From: an uncultured delta proteobacterium
GTDB taxonomy: Bacteria > Desulfobacterota > Syntrophorhabdia > Syntrophorhabdales > WCHB1-27
Direction of reading: 5' to 3'
Assembly (NCBI GenBank): GCA_963810935.1
Contig: CAWEPK010000012.1
Span: forward strand, 416,691-480,690
DNA length: 64,000 nucleotides
Shown: positions 25,770 to 35,169 of the stretch, one piece after another
Layout of the letters: each line of letters starts with the position of its first letter
Numbering within the stretch: the stretch's first letter is position 1
The notes under the pieces: model-generated
Told to the model about the DNA's origin: nothing
The model's input: the letters and a program-made list of their open reading frames with translations, nothing else
Databases searched by the model: none
Made by a program: the position numbers and the translations under genes

Positions 25770-26375
25770 AAGATAAATGAAGCCGGGCCTGCTGACGAGG
25801 ACTTGGAGTTGGTCGCGGCTTGCCGGAAAGGTGACGTCGAGGCGTTTGGGGTGCTTGTCGCCAGGTACCAGAAGAAGGCCTTCAATATCGTTTTCCGGAT
25901 GCTGGGAGACTATGAAGACGCTGCGGACGTGGTGCAGGAGGCGTTCCTGTCGGCATTCAGGTCGATAAAGAAATTTCGGGGAGACGCCAGGTTCTCGACT
26001 TGGCTTTACAGCATCTGCGTCAACCAGGCGAGGAACCGCATGACCCAGGCGCGCAGCAGGTCGCGTCACGAGGGGCCGTCTTTGGACGAGCCCGTGAGGA
26101 TTGCGGACGGCCTTTCCATCGTCGAGCCTGCGGGCGACGACCCGCCCGCCGACGAACAGGTCCGCACCAGGGACTTGCGGGCCGCGCTGCAGGAGTGCAT
26201 CGGCCGCCTCGAAAGGGAGCAAAGGGAAGTGCTCGTACTGCGCGACATACACGAATTTTCTTACGAAGAAATAAGTGATATCCTTAACATACCCAACGGC
26301 ACGGTGAAATCGAGGCTCTTCAGGGCTCGCGACGCCCTGCGGGCCGCACTTAAGGACAGGGTCGGAGATTTATGA
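25752..26375 (+). CDS. ECF RNA polymerase sigma factor (true start may be TTG 25803)
   Basis: DAADVVQEAF, FSTWLYSI, SYEEIS..L.IP.GTVKSRLFRAR. Confidence 0.95.
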   Translation: MFKVSNKINEAGPADEDLELVAACRKGDVEAFGVLVARYQKKAFNIVFRMLGDYEDAADVVQEAFLSAFRSIKKFRGDARFSTWLYSICVNQARNRMTQARSRSRHEGPSLDEPVRIADGLSIVEPAGDDPPADEQVRTRDLRAALQECIGRLEREQREVLVLRDIHEFSYEEISDILNIPNGTVKSRLFRARDALRAALKDRVGDL

Positions 26376-27334
26376 GTTTGTGCAAAGAGATAAAGCCGCT
26401 CTTGCCCGCGTACGCGGACGGGGAGCTTTCGGCAAACGACGCGAAGCTCGTCGCGGACCACGCCGCAGCATGCGCGGCCTGCCGCGCGGAGCTGGCCGCT
26501 TATCGGAAGACGCACGCCCTGCTGGCCGGCCTCGACGAAGTTGAGCCGCCTGCCTGGCTTGCCGATAAAATCATGGCCCACGTGCGGGATGAGGCAAGCA
26601 AAGAGCCGGGGCTTCTCAGGCGGATTTTCTATCCCCTTCATGTCAAGATACCCATTCCGGCCATAGCGACGGTATTCGTCGTCTGTCTCATCTTCTATCT
26701 CCAGAAAGGCGCCGCTCCCCCTTATGAGACGACGCCCGTCCTGCCGCCCGGCCATGCGGTGTATGAAAAAGCAAAGCAATCGCCGAAGGCTGCGAAGATG
26801 CGGGCGCCGGTCCCTGACACTGCGGCCTCAGAAAAGTCTCTCCCGGCTGCTCCCCCCGCGCCATCGTTTGCGCCCGCGCCCCAGGCGGCCCCGGCCCCGG
26901 CGGCTTTGCCCCCGCCCCGGGCAGCCGCGCCCATGGCAGCGCGGGCTTTTGAGGCTCCCGCTCCAGAGTCCGCCGTGAGACTGAGAGCGGAGGTGGAGGC
27001 GAAGGAGGGGGCGCACAGGTCGCTGGCAGCAAAAAAGGCAGCCGGGCAAGCCGCCCCTGCCTCGGTTGACGTTACGCTGCGCGCGGACGATTTGAAATCC
27101 GCGGCCGGGGAGGTGGAAAGCCTCCTGCACGAGACAGGCGCGCAGAACGTCCGGAGGAAGTCCGAGGAAGGCTCCGAGTCGGTCACAGGAGAGATCCAGC
27201 GTGAAGAGGTTGCCGCCTTTGTGGAAAAGCTGGACGACATCGGCGACGCAAAAGCAACGCAGCCCGCCGCCCCCGCAGCAAGCGTTCCCATCAGGGTCAA
27301 GGTAGTCCCCGTCTTTCCCGCGAAATTAAAATAA
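26372..27334 (+). CDS. ZAS (zf-HC2) anti-sigma factor, membrane anchored
   Basis: HAAACAAC (HxxxCxxC), one TM helix, Pro/Ala-rich linker. Confidence 0.85.
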   Translation: MSLCKEIKPLLPAYADGELSANDAKLVADHAAACAACRAELAAYRKTHALLAGLDEVEPPAWLADKIMAHVRDEASKEPGLLRRIFYPLHVKIPIPAIATVFVVCLIFYLQKGAAPPYETTPVLPPGHAVYEKAKQSPKAAKMRAPVPDTAASEKSLPAAPPAPSFAPAPQAAPAPAALPPPRAAAPMAARAFEAPAPESAVRLRAEVEAKEGAHRSLAAKKAAGQAAPASVDVTLRADDLKSAAGEVESLLHETGAQNVRRKSEEGSESVTGEIQREEVAAFVEKLDDIGDAKATQPAAPAASVPIRVKVVPVFPAKLK

Positions 27335-27437
27335 GGCTGCGTCATCGTAAGTAATTGACGCGCGGCGGAGAGATGGTATATATAATGAGGCAGCAACCAG
27401 GTCACTACATAACAGGGGCGGCAACGGATGAATTCTG

Positions 27438-28778
27438 ATGCTTAAAGTCCTGCTCTCTATCAAGAAATCCCGCGACGATATCATCGACCTTTTGAAAGGC
27501 CATAGTGTAGACGTTGACGACGGTGCAACGCCCCTTCCCCGGAAGATTGCATCGGGCAGCTACCACGCGGTGATCCTCGATGGAGCGCCGTCCGACGTAG
27601 CGGCCGTCAAGGCTGCGGACCCGAGGGCCGAGGTGCTCCTGGTCGGCGGCGACCCCACAGAGAGCGTCGAAGCGATACGGATGGGCGCCTGGGCGCACTT
27701 CCCCCTGCCCCTCGACCTTGTCCGCCTCGAAGGAACCATTGGCGACATTGCAGCCCTGTTCGATATGCGCGTCGAGACCGCGCGCCTCGAAAGGCAGCTC
27801 GATTCGCAGTACGTCTTTGCGGGGATCGTCGCGCGGAACCCGAAGATGCTGGAGGTCTTCTCTTTCATCAGGCGCGTCGCACCTTACTTTACGATTATCA
27901 CGATCACGGGCGAGACGGGCACCGGCAAGGAAGTGGTGGCAAAAGCCATCCACGCGCTCTCCCCGAAGCCCGGCGAGCCGATGCTCGTCTGCAACTGCGG
28001 CGGCTTCGTTGAGACGCTTATCGGGTCGGAGCTGTTCGGCCACAAGCAGGGGTCGTTCACGGGCGCGGTCAAGGACAAGGTAGGGCTTTTCGAGGCGGCG
28101 GGCGAAGGCACGCTCTTCCTCGACGAGATCGGGGAGATGCCGCTTTCCTTCCAGCCCCACATGCTGAGGGTGCTGCAGAACGGCGAGTTCAGGCCGATAG
28201 GCGCAAACAGGCCGCTCACCTCGCGCTGCCGGGTCATCACGGCTACGAGCAAAGACCTCGCCGCAGAGGTGAAGAACGGCACGTTCAGGGAAGACCTCTT
28301 TTACAGGATCACCCGCCTCGTGATAAACGTCCCGCCACTGCGCGAGCGCAAAGACGACATACCGCTTTTGTCGCGATATCTCCTCAACAAATCGAACGCA
28401 TCGACCGGCAAAAACATCCTCGGCATTGCGCGCTCCGCGCAGGCCGCCATGATCGCGCACGACTGGCCCGGAAACGTCCGCGAGCTGGAAAACGTGATCG
28501 AGCAGGCGGCGATCCTCGCAACCGAGCCGTTCATAAAACTGGAGCACCTCCCGCATTACCTCCAGGGGCCGCTGCCCAGCCGCCCCGTTTCCGGCGCGGG
28601 CCGCATGGAGGACGTTATCGCGAGCCACCTCGAAGCAACGCTTTCCGCCTGCAAGGGGAACAAGAGCGAAGCGGCAAGGCGGCTCGGCCTCACGCGGCGC
28701 GCGCTCCTGCGCTGGATAGAGAAATATTCGAAAGCCGCCCCCGGCCGCAAGTCCGGGCGCGCGCCAACCGAGCATTAG
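27438..28778 (+). CDS. sigma54-dependent enhancer-binding protein (degenerate receiver-AAA+-Fis HTH)
   Basis: GETGTGKE, SELFGH..GSFTGA, LFLDEIGE, FREDLFYR, WPGNVRELEN, GNKSEAARRLG. Confidence 0.95.
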   Translation: MLKVLLSIKKSRDDIIDLLKGHSVDVDDGATPLPRKIASGSYHAVILDGAPSDVAAVKAADPRAEVLLVGGDPTESVEAIRMGAWAHFPLPLDLVRLEGTIGDIAALFDMRVETARLERQLDSQYVFAGIVARNPKMLEVFSFIRRVAPYFTIITITGETGTGKEVVAKAIHALSPKPGEPMLVCNCGGFVETLIGSELFGHKQGSFTGAVKDKVGLFEAAGEGTLFLDEIGEMPLSFQPHMLRVLQNGEFRPIGANRPLTSRCRVITATSKDLAAEVKNGTFREDLFYRITRLVINVPPLRERKDDIPLLSRYLLNKSNASTGKNILGIARSAQAAMIAHDWPGNVRELENVIEQAAILATEPFIKLEHLPHYLQGPLPSRPVSGAGRMEDVIASHLEATLSACKGNKSEAARRLGLTRRALLRWIEKYSKAAPGRKSGRAPTEH

Positions 28779-28966
28779 CGCGCATTCCTTTATACCGATA
28801 TCGTCCTAAAGAGGCCGTAAAGCAAAAGGCGGACACCGCCTTGCCCGGCGCGCTGACATCCCCTTCCCTGCCCCCACGCAAACCCAACAGCCCCACGGCT
28901 TAGAAGGCTATCCGGCAGACGCCGTCTCCGCCTGTTGCAGGTGCATTTTGCGCACGTTTTTCGCCG

Positions 28967-28982
28967 TGGCATCCGTCTTGCT
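28967..28982 (+). promoter_or_regulatory. sigma54 -24/-12 promoter of the flp/tad operon
   Basis: TGGCATCCGTCTTGCT, GG and GC separated by 10 nt. Confidence 0.8.
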
Positions 28983-29098
28983 CATATAGGCTCCATGACC
29001 GTTCTCATCGCCACCCTGATAAAGGCAATCATACGAAGTGGGATCATAAGGCGGGGCGAACAACGGGACTATTTCAAAATCCTATGAGGAGGAAGAGC

Positions 29099-29269
29099 AT
29101 GGAAATGATCAAGAGGTTCCTGAAAGACGAAGAGGGCGTATCGGCAATCGAGTATGGCCTTATCGCAGCGCTCATCGCGGTCGCCATAGTGACTGCGGTC
29201 GGGCTCGTAGGCACGAACCTGACGGGCGTCTTCAACACCGTGGCCGGCAAGCTGACGCAGGCCGGCTAA
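29099..29269 (+). CDS. flp: Flp family type IVb pilin
   Basis: RFLKDEEG/VSAIEYGLIAALIA. Confidence 0.95.
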   Translation: MEMIKRFLKDEEGVSAIEYGLIAALIAVAIVTAVGLVGTNLTGVFNTVAGKLTQAG

Positions 29270-29430
29270 GAAAACGAAAAAGTGGAGGGCATCGTCCTGC
29301 GCACGCCCGGATAAGCGCGCAACGGCGCAACTTTCGTAAGCCGGGGACAATGCCCTCCATGGAGGCCGCGAAGGACCGCCATCGGGGCTCCGCCTGCATC
29401 GCACCATGGACATTGGGGGTGTCCGTTTAT

Positions 29431-29970
29431 ATGAACCCGATTTTTCTCCTTCTCGTCGCCATCCTGGTGGTCGGGGCATTATTCGACGTCCTGTGGCGGC
29501 GCATTCCTAACTGGCTCACCCTGCCCGCCATTGCGGTCGGGCTTATGTACTACCTGTGGGGAAGCGGCCTCAGCGGACTCCTCTTCAGCGCAGGCGGCGT
29601 CGCGCTCGCCCTCGCTATCTGGGCCCCCTTCTACGTTATGGGCGGCATCGGCGCGGGAGACGTAAAACTGATGGCTGCGGTCGGGGCGCTTCTCGGGCCT
29701 GCTGGCCTTTTCCGCTCCGCCCTCTGCACTGCCATCGTAGGCGGGATTTATGCTGCGCTGGTCCTTGCTGCGAGCCGGCCAGGACGGAAGGTTGCAGCCG
29801 AATACAGGAAGAGGGCAGGCGCGTTTCTGCACACCTTCGACCTCGCAGTCCTGCGCAGCAGCTCCGTAAAGAAAGGCCCCCTCCTCTATTACGGGGCGGC
29901 CATCGCCCTCGGCACACTGCTTTCTCTGCTCTGCAAAAGCCCCACATGTATGCTCGTAGGGAGAGGATAA
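29431..29970 (+). CDS. cpaA: Prepilin peptidase CpaA/TadV (A24)
   Basis: D...RRIPNWL, GAGDVKL. Confidence 0.92.
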   Translation: MNPIFLLLVAILVVGALFDVLWRRIPNWLTLPAIAVGLMYYLWGSGLSGLLFSAGGVALALAIWAPFYVMGGIGAGDVKLMAAVGALLGPAGLFRSALCTAIVGGIYAALVLAASRPGRKVAAEYRKRAGAFLHTFDLAVLRSSSVKKGPLLYYGAAIALGTLLSLLCKSPTCMLVGRG

Positions 29971-29974
29971 AGCG

Positions 29975-30865
29975 ATGGGAACGGGCAAAAGGGCAATAAT
30001 GCTCGGCGCGGCAGTGATGATCGCGCTTCTGGCCAGCCTCTTCGCCTACAGCCGGCTGGAAAAACGGTCGCACGTCCGCATCCAGGCGGGCCAGACGCAG
30101 CAGGCGGTCGTCGCTGCGGCCGACCTGCCGTGGGGTACGGTCATAACCAAAGAGATGGTGAAAGTCTCGCCGTTTTTGAAAAAGAGCCTGTCCGCCGGCG
30201 CCTTCGCCGACGCGGCCGCAGTCGAGGGCAGGACGCTTATCAACGCTGTAAAGGCGGGCGAGCTTGTGCTGGAGTCGCGCCTTGCCCCCACGACCTCGCT
30301 GGGGGGCGGCGTCGCAGCCATCATCACTCCGAAGAAGCGCGCAATGGCCGTCCACGTGGACAAGGTGGTCGGCGTATCGGGCTTCGTCCGTCCCGGCCAC
30401 CGGGTCGATGTCCTAGTGACGCTTTCCCAGGTGGGCGAGTACAGGAAGCCGATGACGAAGATAGTCCTCGAGAACGTGCTGGTCCTTGCAGCAGGCACGG
30501 ACCTCGAGAAGGGGGGGAAGCAGGACAAGCCCTCGCAGGTGGACGTCATCACATTGGAGGTGACGCCCGAAGAGGGTGAGAAGCTCGCCCTCGCGTCCAC
30601 TGAAGGGAAGCTGCAGCTCGCCCTGCGCAATGCCGCGGACAATGACGACGTCATCACCAGGGGCAGCACGTTCCCTGCCCTCCTCGCCTCTTACGGCACA
30701 GGCGCGATAGCAACAGACCAGCCCGGCCGCCCCGCAGCGCAGAAGGCGCAAAAGGCGCCCGCAGTGCGCCGCGCGCCCCAGGGCCTTGGCGGGCGCCCGC
30801 CCTTTGCGGTCGAGATGGTAAAGGGCACTGTCCTCAGCTCTGTGAAATTCAACGAGGGGGAGTGA
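29975..30865 (+). CDS. cpaB: Flp pilus assembly protein CpaB/RcpC
   Basis: SAF domain; GVSGFVRPGHRVDV; LQLALR. Confidence 0.93.
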   Translation: MGTGKRAIMLGAAVMIALLASLFAYSRLEKRSHVRIQAGQTQQAVVAAADLPWGTVITKEMVKVSPFLKKSLSAGAFADAAAVEGRTLINAVKAGELVLESRLAPTTSLGGGVAAIITPKKRAMAVHVDKVVGVSGFVRPGHRVDVLVTLSQVGEYRKPMTKIVLENVLVLAAGTDLEKGGKQDKPSQVDVITLEVTPEEGEKLALASTEGKLQLALRNAADNDDVITRGSTFPALLASYGTGAIATDQPGRPAAQKAQKAPAVRRAPQGLGGRPPFAVEMVKGTVLSSVKFNEGE

Positions 30866-32412
30866 GACCCGTGAAGCGAAGGATCAGGACTATCGCAATA
30901 TGCGCAACGGCTGCCGTTCTCGGAACCGCGATAACCTTCCTTGCCTGCATGGGCTCTGCCCTGGCAGCACCATCCGACGCCCGCATCAACGGCGTGCAGT
31001 CCCGGAAGATTGCGATCCCGGCAGGCAAATCGCTTGTCATCGAGATGCCCGCGTCTATGAAGCGGGTCTCCGTGGCGGCCCCGAACATCGCGGACGCCCT
31101 TATCCTGACTCCGCGCCAGATCTACGTCACCGGCAGGATGCCCGGCGTGACGAACCTGACGGTCTGGGACAGCCGCGACGAGGTATCGACAGTCTTTGAT
31201 ATCGACGTATCGCCCGACGTCGGCAGGCTCAAGGCGAAGCTCCATGAGATGTTCCCCGACGAGGCGTCCATAGGCGTGACCTCGACGAACGACGGCATAT
31301 CCCTGACTGGCTCCGTCTCCGGTACGGCAAAGCTCACGCAGGTGGCGGCCGTAGCCGCGACGTACGCGCCGCTCGACAAAGACGGCAGGGCGAAGGTCAT
31401 CAACCTTCTCGAAGTCGGCGGGGTGCAGCAGGTGATGCTGGAGGTAAGGGTCTCCGAAATGAGCAAGACCCTGGCGAGGAACCTGGGGATCAATTTCGCA
31501 GGCGTCGCCAGGACAGGCAACCAGTTCGGCGTCTCCCTCCTGAACGCCCTCACCTCGCTTAACGGCGGCGGGGTCTCGGGACAGGGCACAGCAACAGGCA
31601 TCCCCGGCACCATGCCCTTCAATAGCGGGTTCCCCGGCGCAGGCATCGGCGTCTCCACCAACGTTACCGCGGCGGTCAGGTTCATGGCGAACGGCCAGGC
31701 ATGGACCACCTTTATCGACGCCCTCGAGCAGAACAACCTGCTAAGGGTGCTCGCCGAGCCGACGCTGATTACCTTAAGCGGCAAATCGGCAAACTTTTTG
31801 GCGGGCGGCGAGTTCCCCATCCCGGTGCCGCAGGCCGGCGCGTCCGTGCCCGTCATAACGATCCAGTACAAGCCCTTCGGCGTGGCCCTGAGCTTTACGC
31901 CTACCGTGCTCGGCAAGGACAGGATCAACATGGTCGTAGCGCCCGAGGTCTCGGAGCTCGACTTCTCGCAGGCCGTCTCCCTGCAAGGGTACATCGTCCC
32001 CAGTATCACTACGCGGAGGCTTTCGACGACCGTAGAGCTGGCGGACGGCCAGAGCTTCGCCATCGCAGGGCTGCTCAAGGACGAGGTCAAGCACAACATA
32101 GCCAAGTACCCTTTCCTCGGCGACATCCCCATCATAGGGGCACTCTTCCGCAGCTCCTCTTTCCAGAGGGATGAGACGGAGCTGGTAGTCATCGTCACGC
32201 CTCATCTGGTAAAACCCCTCGACATGTCGAAACAGACCCTGCCGACGGACGGCTACGTCATGCCGGACGATTATGAGTTTTACCTGGAAGGCAGGCTCGA
32301 AAGCAGATCGGCGCCCGGCGGCCCGCTCCCGCGCACTCCCGGAAAGGGCGGCCTCGAAGGCAGCTTCGGATACATCGTGCCTGACGCGGAAAAGGAGGAG
32401 GAGAAGAAATGA
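30862..32412 (+). CDS. cpaC: Secretin CpaC/RcpA
   Basis: QVMLEVRVSE, LAEPTL, FLAGGEFPIP, PFLGDIPIIGALFRS, ETELVVIVTP. Confidence 0.95.
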   Translation: MRPVKRRIRTIAICATAAVLGTAITFLACMGSALAAPSDARINGVQSRKIAIPAGKSLVIEMPASMKRVSVAAPNIADALILTPRQIYVTGRMPGVTNLTVWDSRDEVSTVFDIDVSPDVGRLKAKLHEMFPDEASIGVTSTNDGISLTGSVSGTAKLTQVAAVAATYAPLDKDGRAKVINLLEVGGVQQVMLEVRVSEMSKTLARNLGINFAGVARTGNQFGVSLLNALTSLNGGGVSGQGTATGIPGTMPFNSGFPGAGIGVSTNVTAAVRFMANGQAWTTFIDALEQNNLLRVLAEPTLITLSGKSANFLAGGEFPIPVPQAGASVPVITIQYKPFGVALSFTPTVLGKDRINMVVAPEVSELDFSQAVSLQGYIVPSITTRRLSTTVELADGQSFAIAGLLKDEVKHNIAKYPFLGDIPIIGALFRSSSFQRDETELVVIVTPHLVKPLDMSKQTLPTDGYVMPDDYEFYLEGRLESRSAPGGPLPRTPGKGGLEGSFGYIVPDAEKEEEKK

Positions 32413-32711
32413 GATGGATGCGGTTTTTCGCCATCCTCGCCGCTGCGCTCGCGGCCAACGTCATCGGGTGCGCGCCGAAAGAGGCATGGCTGCAAAAGGA
32501 TTACGGCCGGTCGTACAGGCAGGCCATAGCGAGCCAGACCTTAGACCCGCAGGCCGGACGCACGCCGCGGCCGGTAGCGACAATGAACGCGCCGGAAGCG
32601 AACGAGGTCTACACGCAATTCCTTAAGGGCTTCGAGAGGCCGGCAAAGGCACAGTCCGGTTATATGATACCCCTGACCAGCCAGGGCGGCTCATTCAACC
32701 AGGGACAATGA
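32409..32711 (+). CDS. Tad-associated lipoprotein
   Basis: Lipobox VIGC; position directly after the secretin. Confidence 0.7.
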   Translation: MRWMRFFAILAAALAANVIGCAPKEAWLQKDYGRSYRQAIASQTLDPQAGRTPRPVATMNAPEANEVYTQFLKGFERPAKAQSGYMIPLTSQGGSFNQGQ

Positions 32712-33229
32712 AGATGAGTTTCATGAAAGACACGTGCGTTCGCAGACAGGATGGCGCAAACGGCAGGCGGGGCACGACAACGATCGAGCTCGCCTTTATG
32801 CTGCCCGTCCTCGCATTCCTCATCTCCGGCATGGCGGACATGGGTTACTACATGTTTGTCCAGCAGACGCTCCAGTTCGCGACAAGGGAGGGCACAAGGC
32901 TCGCCACTGTCGGCGGCACGCTCAACGGCCAGGGCGGCACTACATTGAGCAGGGCCGCATCGATAGTGGCGGAGATCCAGACGGAGGCTGCTATCGGCGG
33001 CATCTCCGCCTCCGCGATGCAGATCAGCATCTTCCCTATCACCGCAACCTACGGCGACCCGTCCGGATGGTCGGGCGAGCAGAACGCGGGCAACCCCGGA
33101 GACTACATGCGCGTCGTGACGGTATACACTTACACGTTCTTCACTCCCTTTATCGGCAACCTTTTCCCGGGCGGAGCTTCGACGATCATGGCGCAGGCGA
33201 CATACAGGAACGAGCTGTTCTCAAGTTAG
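32708..33229 (+). CDS. tadE: TadE-like pseudopilin
   Basis: RRGTTTIELA...P; ATREGTR. Confidence 0.85.
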   Translation: MKMSFMKDTCVRRQDGANGRRGTTTIELAFMLPVLAFLISGMADMGYYMFVQQTLQFATREGTRLATVGGTLNGQGGTTLSRAASIVAEIQTEAAIGGISASAMQISIFPITATYGDPSGWSGEQNAGNPGDYMRVVTVYTYTFFTPFIGNLFPGGASTIMAQATYRNELFSS

Positions 33230-33254
33230 GGCCAGGGAGGGCGAGGCAGGCCAG

Positions 33255-33830
33255 ATGCGCATTCGACCGGCAGCAAAGCATCCGAGAGGCACGGCAACCG
33301 TGGAGCTGGCGCTTATCCTGCCCCTTATCGCAGCTATGGTTTTCGCCATAATAGACATCGGCTGGCTGCTTGAGGCGCGCCTCGTGGTCACTAACGTGAG
33401 CCGCGAAGGGGCCAACCTTGCCTCCCGTGACCTCAAGTCGGGGACGGACCTGCTCAATTACCTTGTCTCTTCGTCTTCGCCGATAGACCTCGCAGGGTCG
33501 GGGAAAATCTACGTGACAACGATCATGGCGGGCACAAGCGCCGCGTCGCCCAATCCCGCCATTTCTTCGCAGATCAATACAGGCAACCTCAATGCAGCGA
33601 GCAGCATAGGCTCGGGTATGCAGAACCTGGGCCTATCCGCCGCCATGTACGGTCATCTGGTCTACAACGCCACGAACAAGGTGGCCGACGTCCTCGGCGT
33701 GAGCGTCATCGAGGTCTTCTACCAGTATACGCCGATGACGCCCCTTTCAAGCTTCGTGCCCGGCCTTCTGACCGGCGGCGGCGCGGTCATAGGCAGCAAG
33801 GCGGTCTTCTGCATCTCGGGGACCTCATGA
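33255..33830 (+). CDS. TadE/TadF-like pseudopilin
   Basis: RGTATVELALILP; SREGA. Confidence 0.85.
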   Translation: MRIRPAAKHPRGTATVELALILPLIAAMVFAIIDIGWLLEARLVVTNVSREGANLASRDLKSGTDLLNYLVSSSSPIDLAGSGKIYVTTIMAGTSAASPNPAISSQINTGNLNAASSIGSGMQNLGLSAAMYGHLVYNATNKVADVLGVSVIEVFYQYTPMTPLSSFVPGLLTGGGAVIGSKAVFCISGTS

Positions 33831-35158
33831 CGCCCAGGCGCCTGCACACTCACTCGCGCCGCGAAGGAAGCATCCTCGTCAGCCTGGCGATTATGCTCAC
33901 GGCGCTTATGGGCCTTATCGCCCTTTCCATCGAGGTAGGCTCGTGGTACCTGCTGCGGGCGGAGCTGTCGAAGGCGGTCGACGCCGCCGCCCTCGCCGGC
34001 GCGGCCAATATCGCCTCTCCCAACATCAACCTCAGCGTCCTGGCGCAGGACTTCGGGAACGAAAATTTCGCTGCGGGCTCTCTGGGCACACCCACCTCCG
34101 GCACAGGCGAGGTCGCCTACACAGTCAGCACGACCACGTCCACGATGACGGTGACGGGCAACGCCAGTGTCCCGGGAATTATAACGAAGATGTTCGGCGT
34201 GACCACAGTCCCCGTCCTCGCTACCGGCACAGCCCAGAAGAACCAAGTCGAGATCATGATGGTCCTCGACTGCTCGGGATCCATGTCGGGCTCGCCCATC
34301 TCGTCCCTGAAGACTGCGGCAACATCCTTTTTGAACTTTTTCACGCCGAACCAGGCAGACGACATGATGGGCGTAGTCACCTTCTCCACCGCGGCGACCG
34401 TCAAGGTGCCGCTTGAGACAAACTTCGCCACTGCCGTGCAAAACGTGATCAACGGCCTATCGGCCGGCGGGGCGACGAACCACGAGGACGCCATCGCGCA
34501 GGCAGGCGCGCAGCTCCCCGTCCAGACAGGCACGCCCAACGCGAGCTGGAAGCAGCAGTACATGGTCTTCTTCACGGACGGCGAGCCGACAGCGTTCAGA
34601 AGCACCTTCGTCCATTCGAACACCGCCTACGACGCTGTCGTTTATACGACGACGGACCCGCACAACAGCAGCAACCAGTGGTACGACGTAGGCGCCGACC
34701 TGGCGAGCCCGGTGACGGGCAACAACCTCTCGCAGAACGCGGTGCAGACAGGGAAAGGGCAGAACGAAACGACCTGCCGCGTGAACCAGGGCACGTCGCG
34801 CAACCCATCGTATGTTTACTCGACGAGCTGGGCTACCCCGTTCGCCGCGTACGCGCCGCCGACCCCTTACACTACGGCCGGTTACTGCGACATGAACATA
34901 TCGACGCCGCGCACCGCGCTCGCGGGCTACGTGCACACGACCGCGCAGCAGATGGCCCTGGACAACGCGGCCGCACTGAAGGCACGCGGGGTGATGATCT
35001 ACACTATCGGCCTCCAGGGCGACGGAGGCATCGACACAACTTTTCTGCTCAACCTGTCGAGCGGGGCGAATTTCGCATACGTCGCGCCGTCGCCCTCCCA
35101 GTTAGAGGCGATCTTCAGCCTGATCGCCAAGGACATCACCCTGCGGCTCGTACAATAA
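33827..35158 (+). CDS. tadG: TadG-like protein with vWA domain
   Basis: EGSI...AVDAAALAGA; DCSGSM MIDAS; FTDG. Confidence 0.88.
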   Translation: MTPRRLHTHSRREGSILVSLAIMLTALMGLIALSIEVGSWYLLRAELSKAVDAAALAGAANIASPNINLSVLAQDFGNENFAAGSLGTPTSGTGEVAYTVSTTTSTMTVTGNASVPGIITKMFGVTTVPVLATGTAQKNQVEIMMVLDCSGSMSGSPISSLKTAATSFLNFFTPNQADDMMGVVTFSTAATVKVPLETNFATAVQNVINGLSAGGATNHEDAIAQAGAQLPVQTGTPNASWKQQYMVFFTDGEPTAFRSTFVHSNTAYDAVVYTTTDPHNSSNQWYDVGADLASPVTGNNLSQNAVQTGKGQNETTCRVNQGTSRNPSYVYSTSWATPFAAYAPPTPYTTAGYCDMNISTPRTALAGYVHTTAQQMALDNAAALKARGVMIYTIGLQGDGGIDTTFLLNLSSGANFAYVAPSPSQLEAIFSLIAKDITLRLVQ

Positions 35159-35169
35159 AGAGGCTTTGA

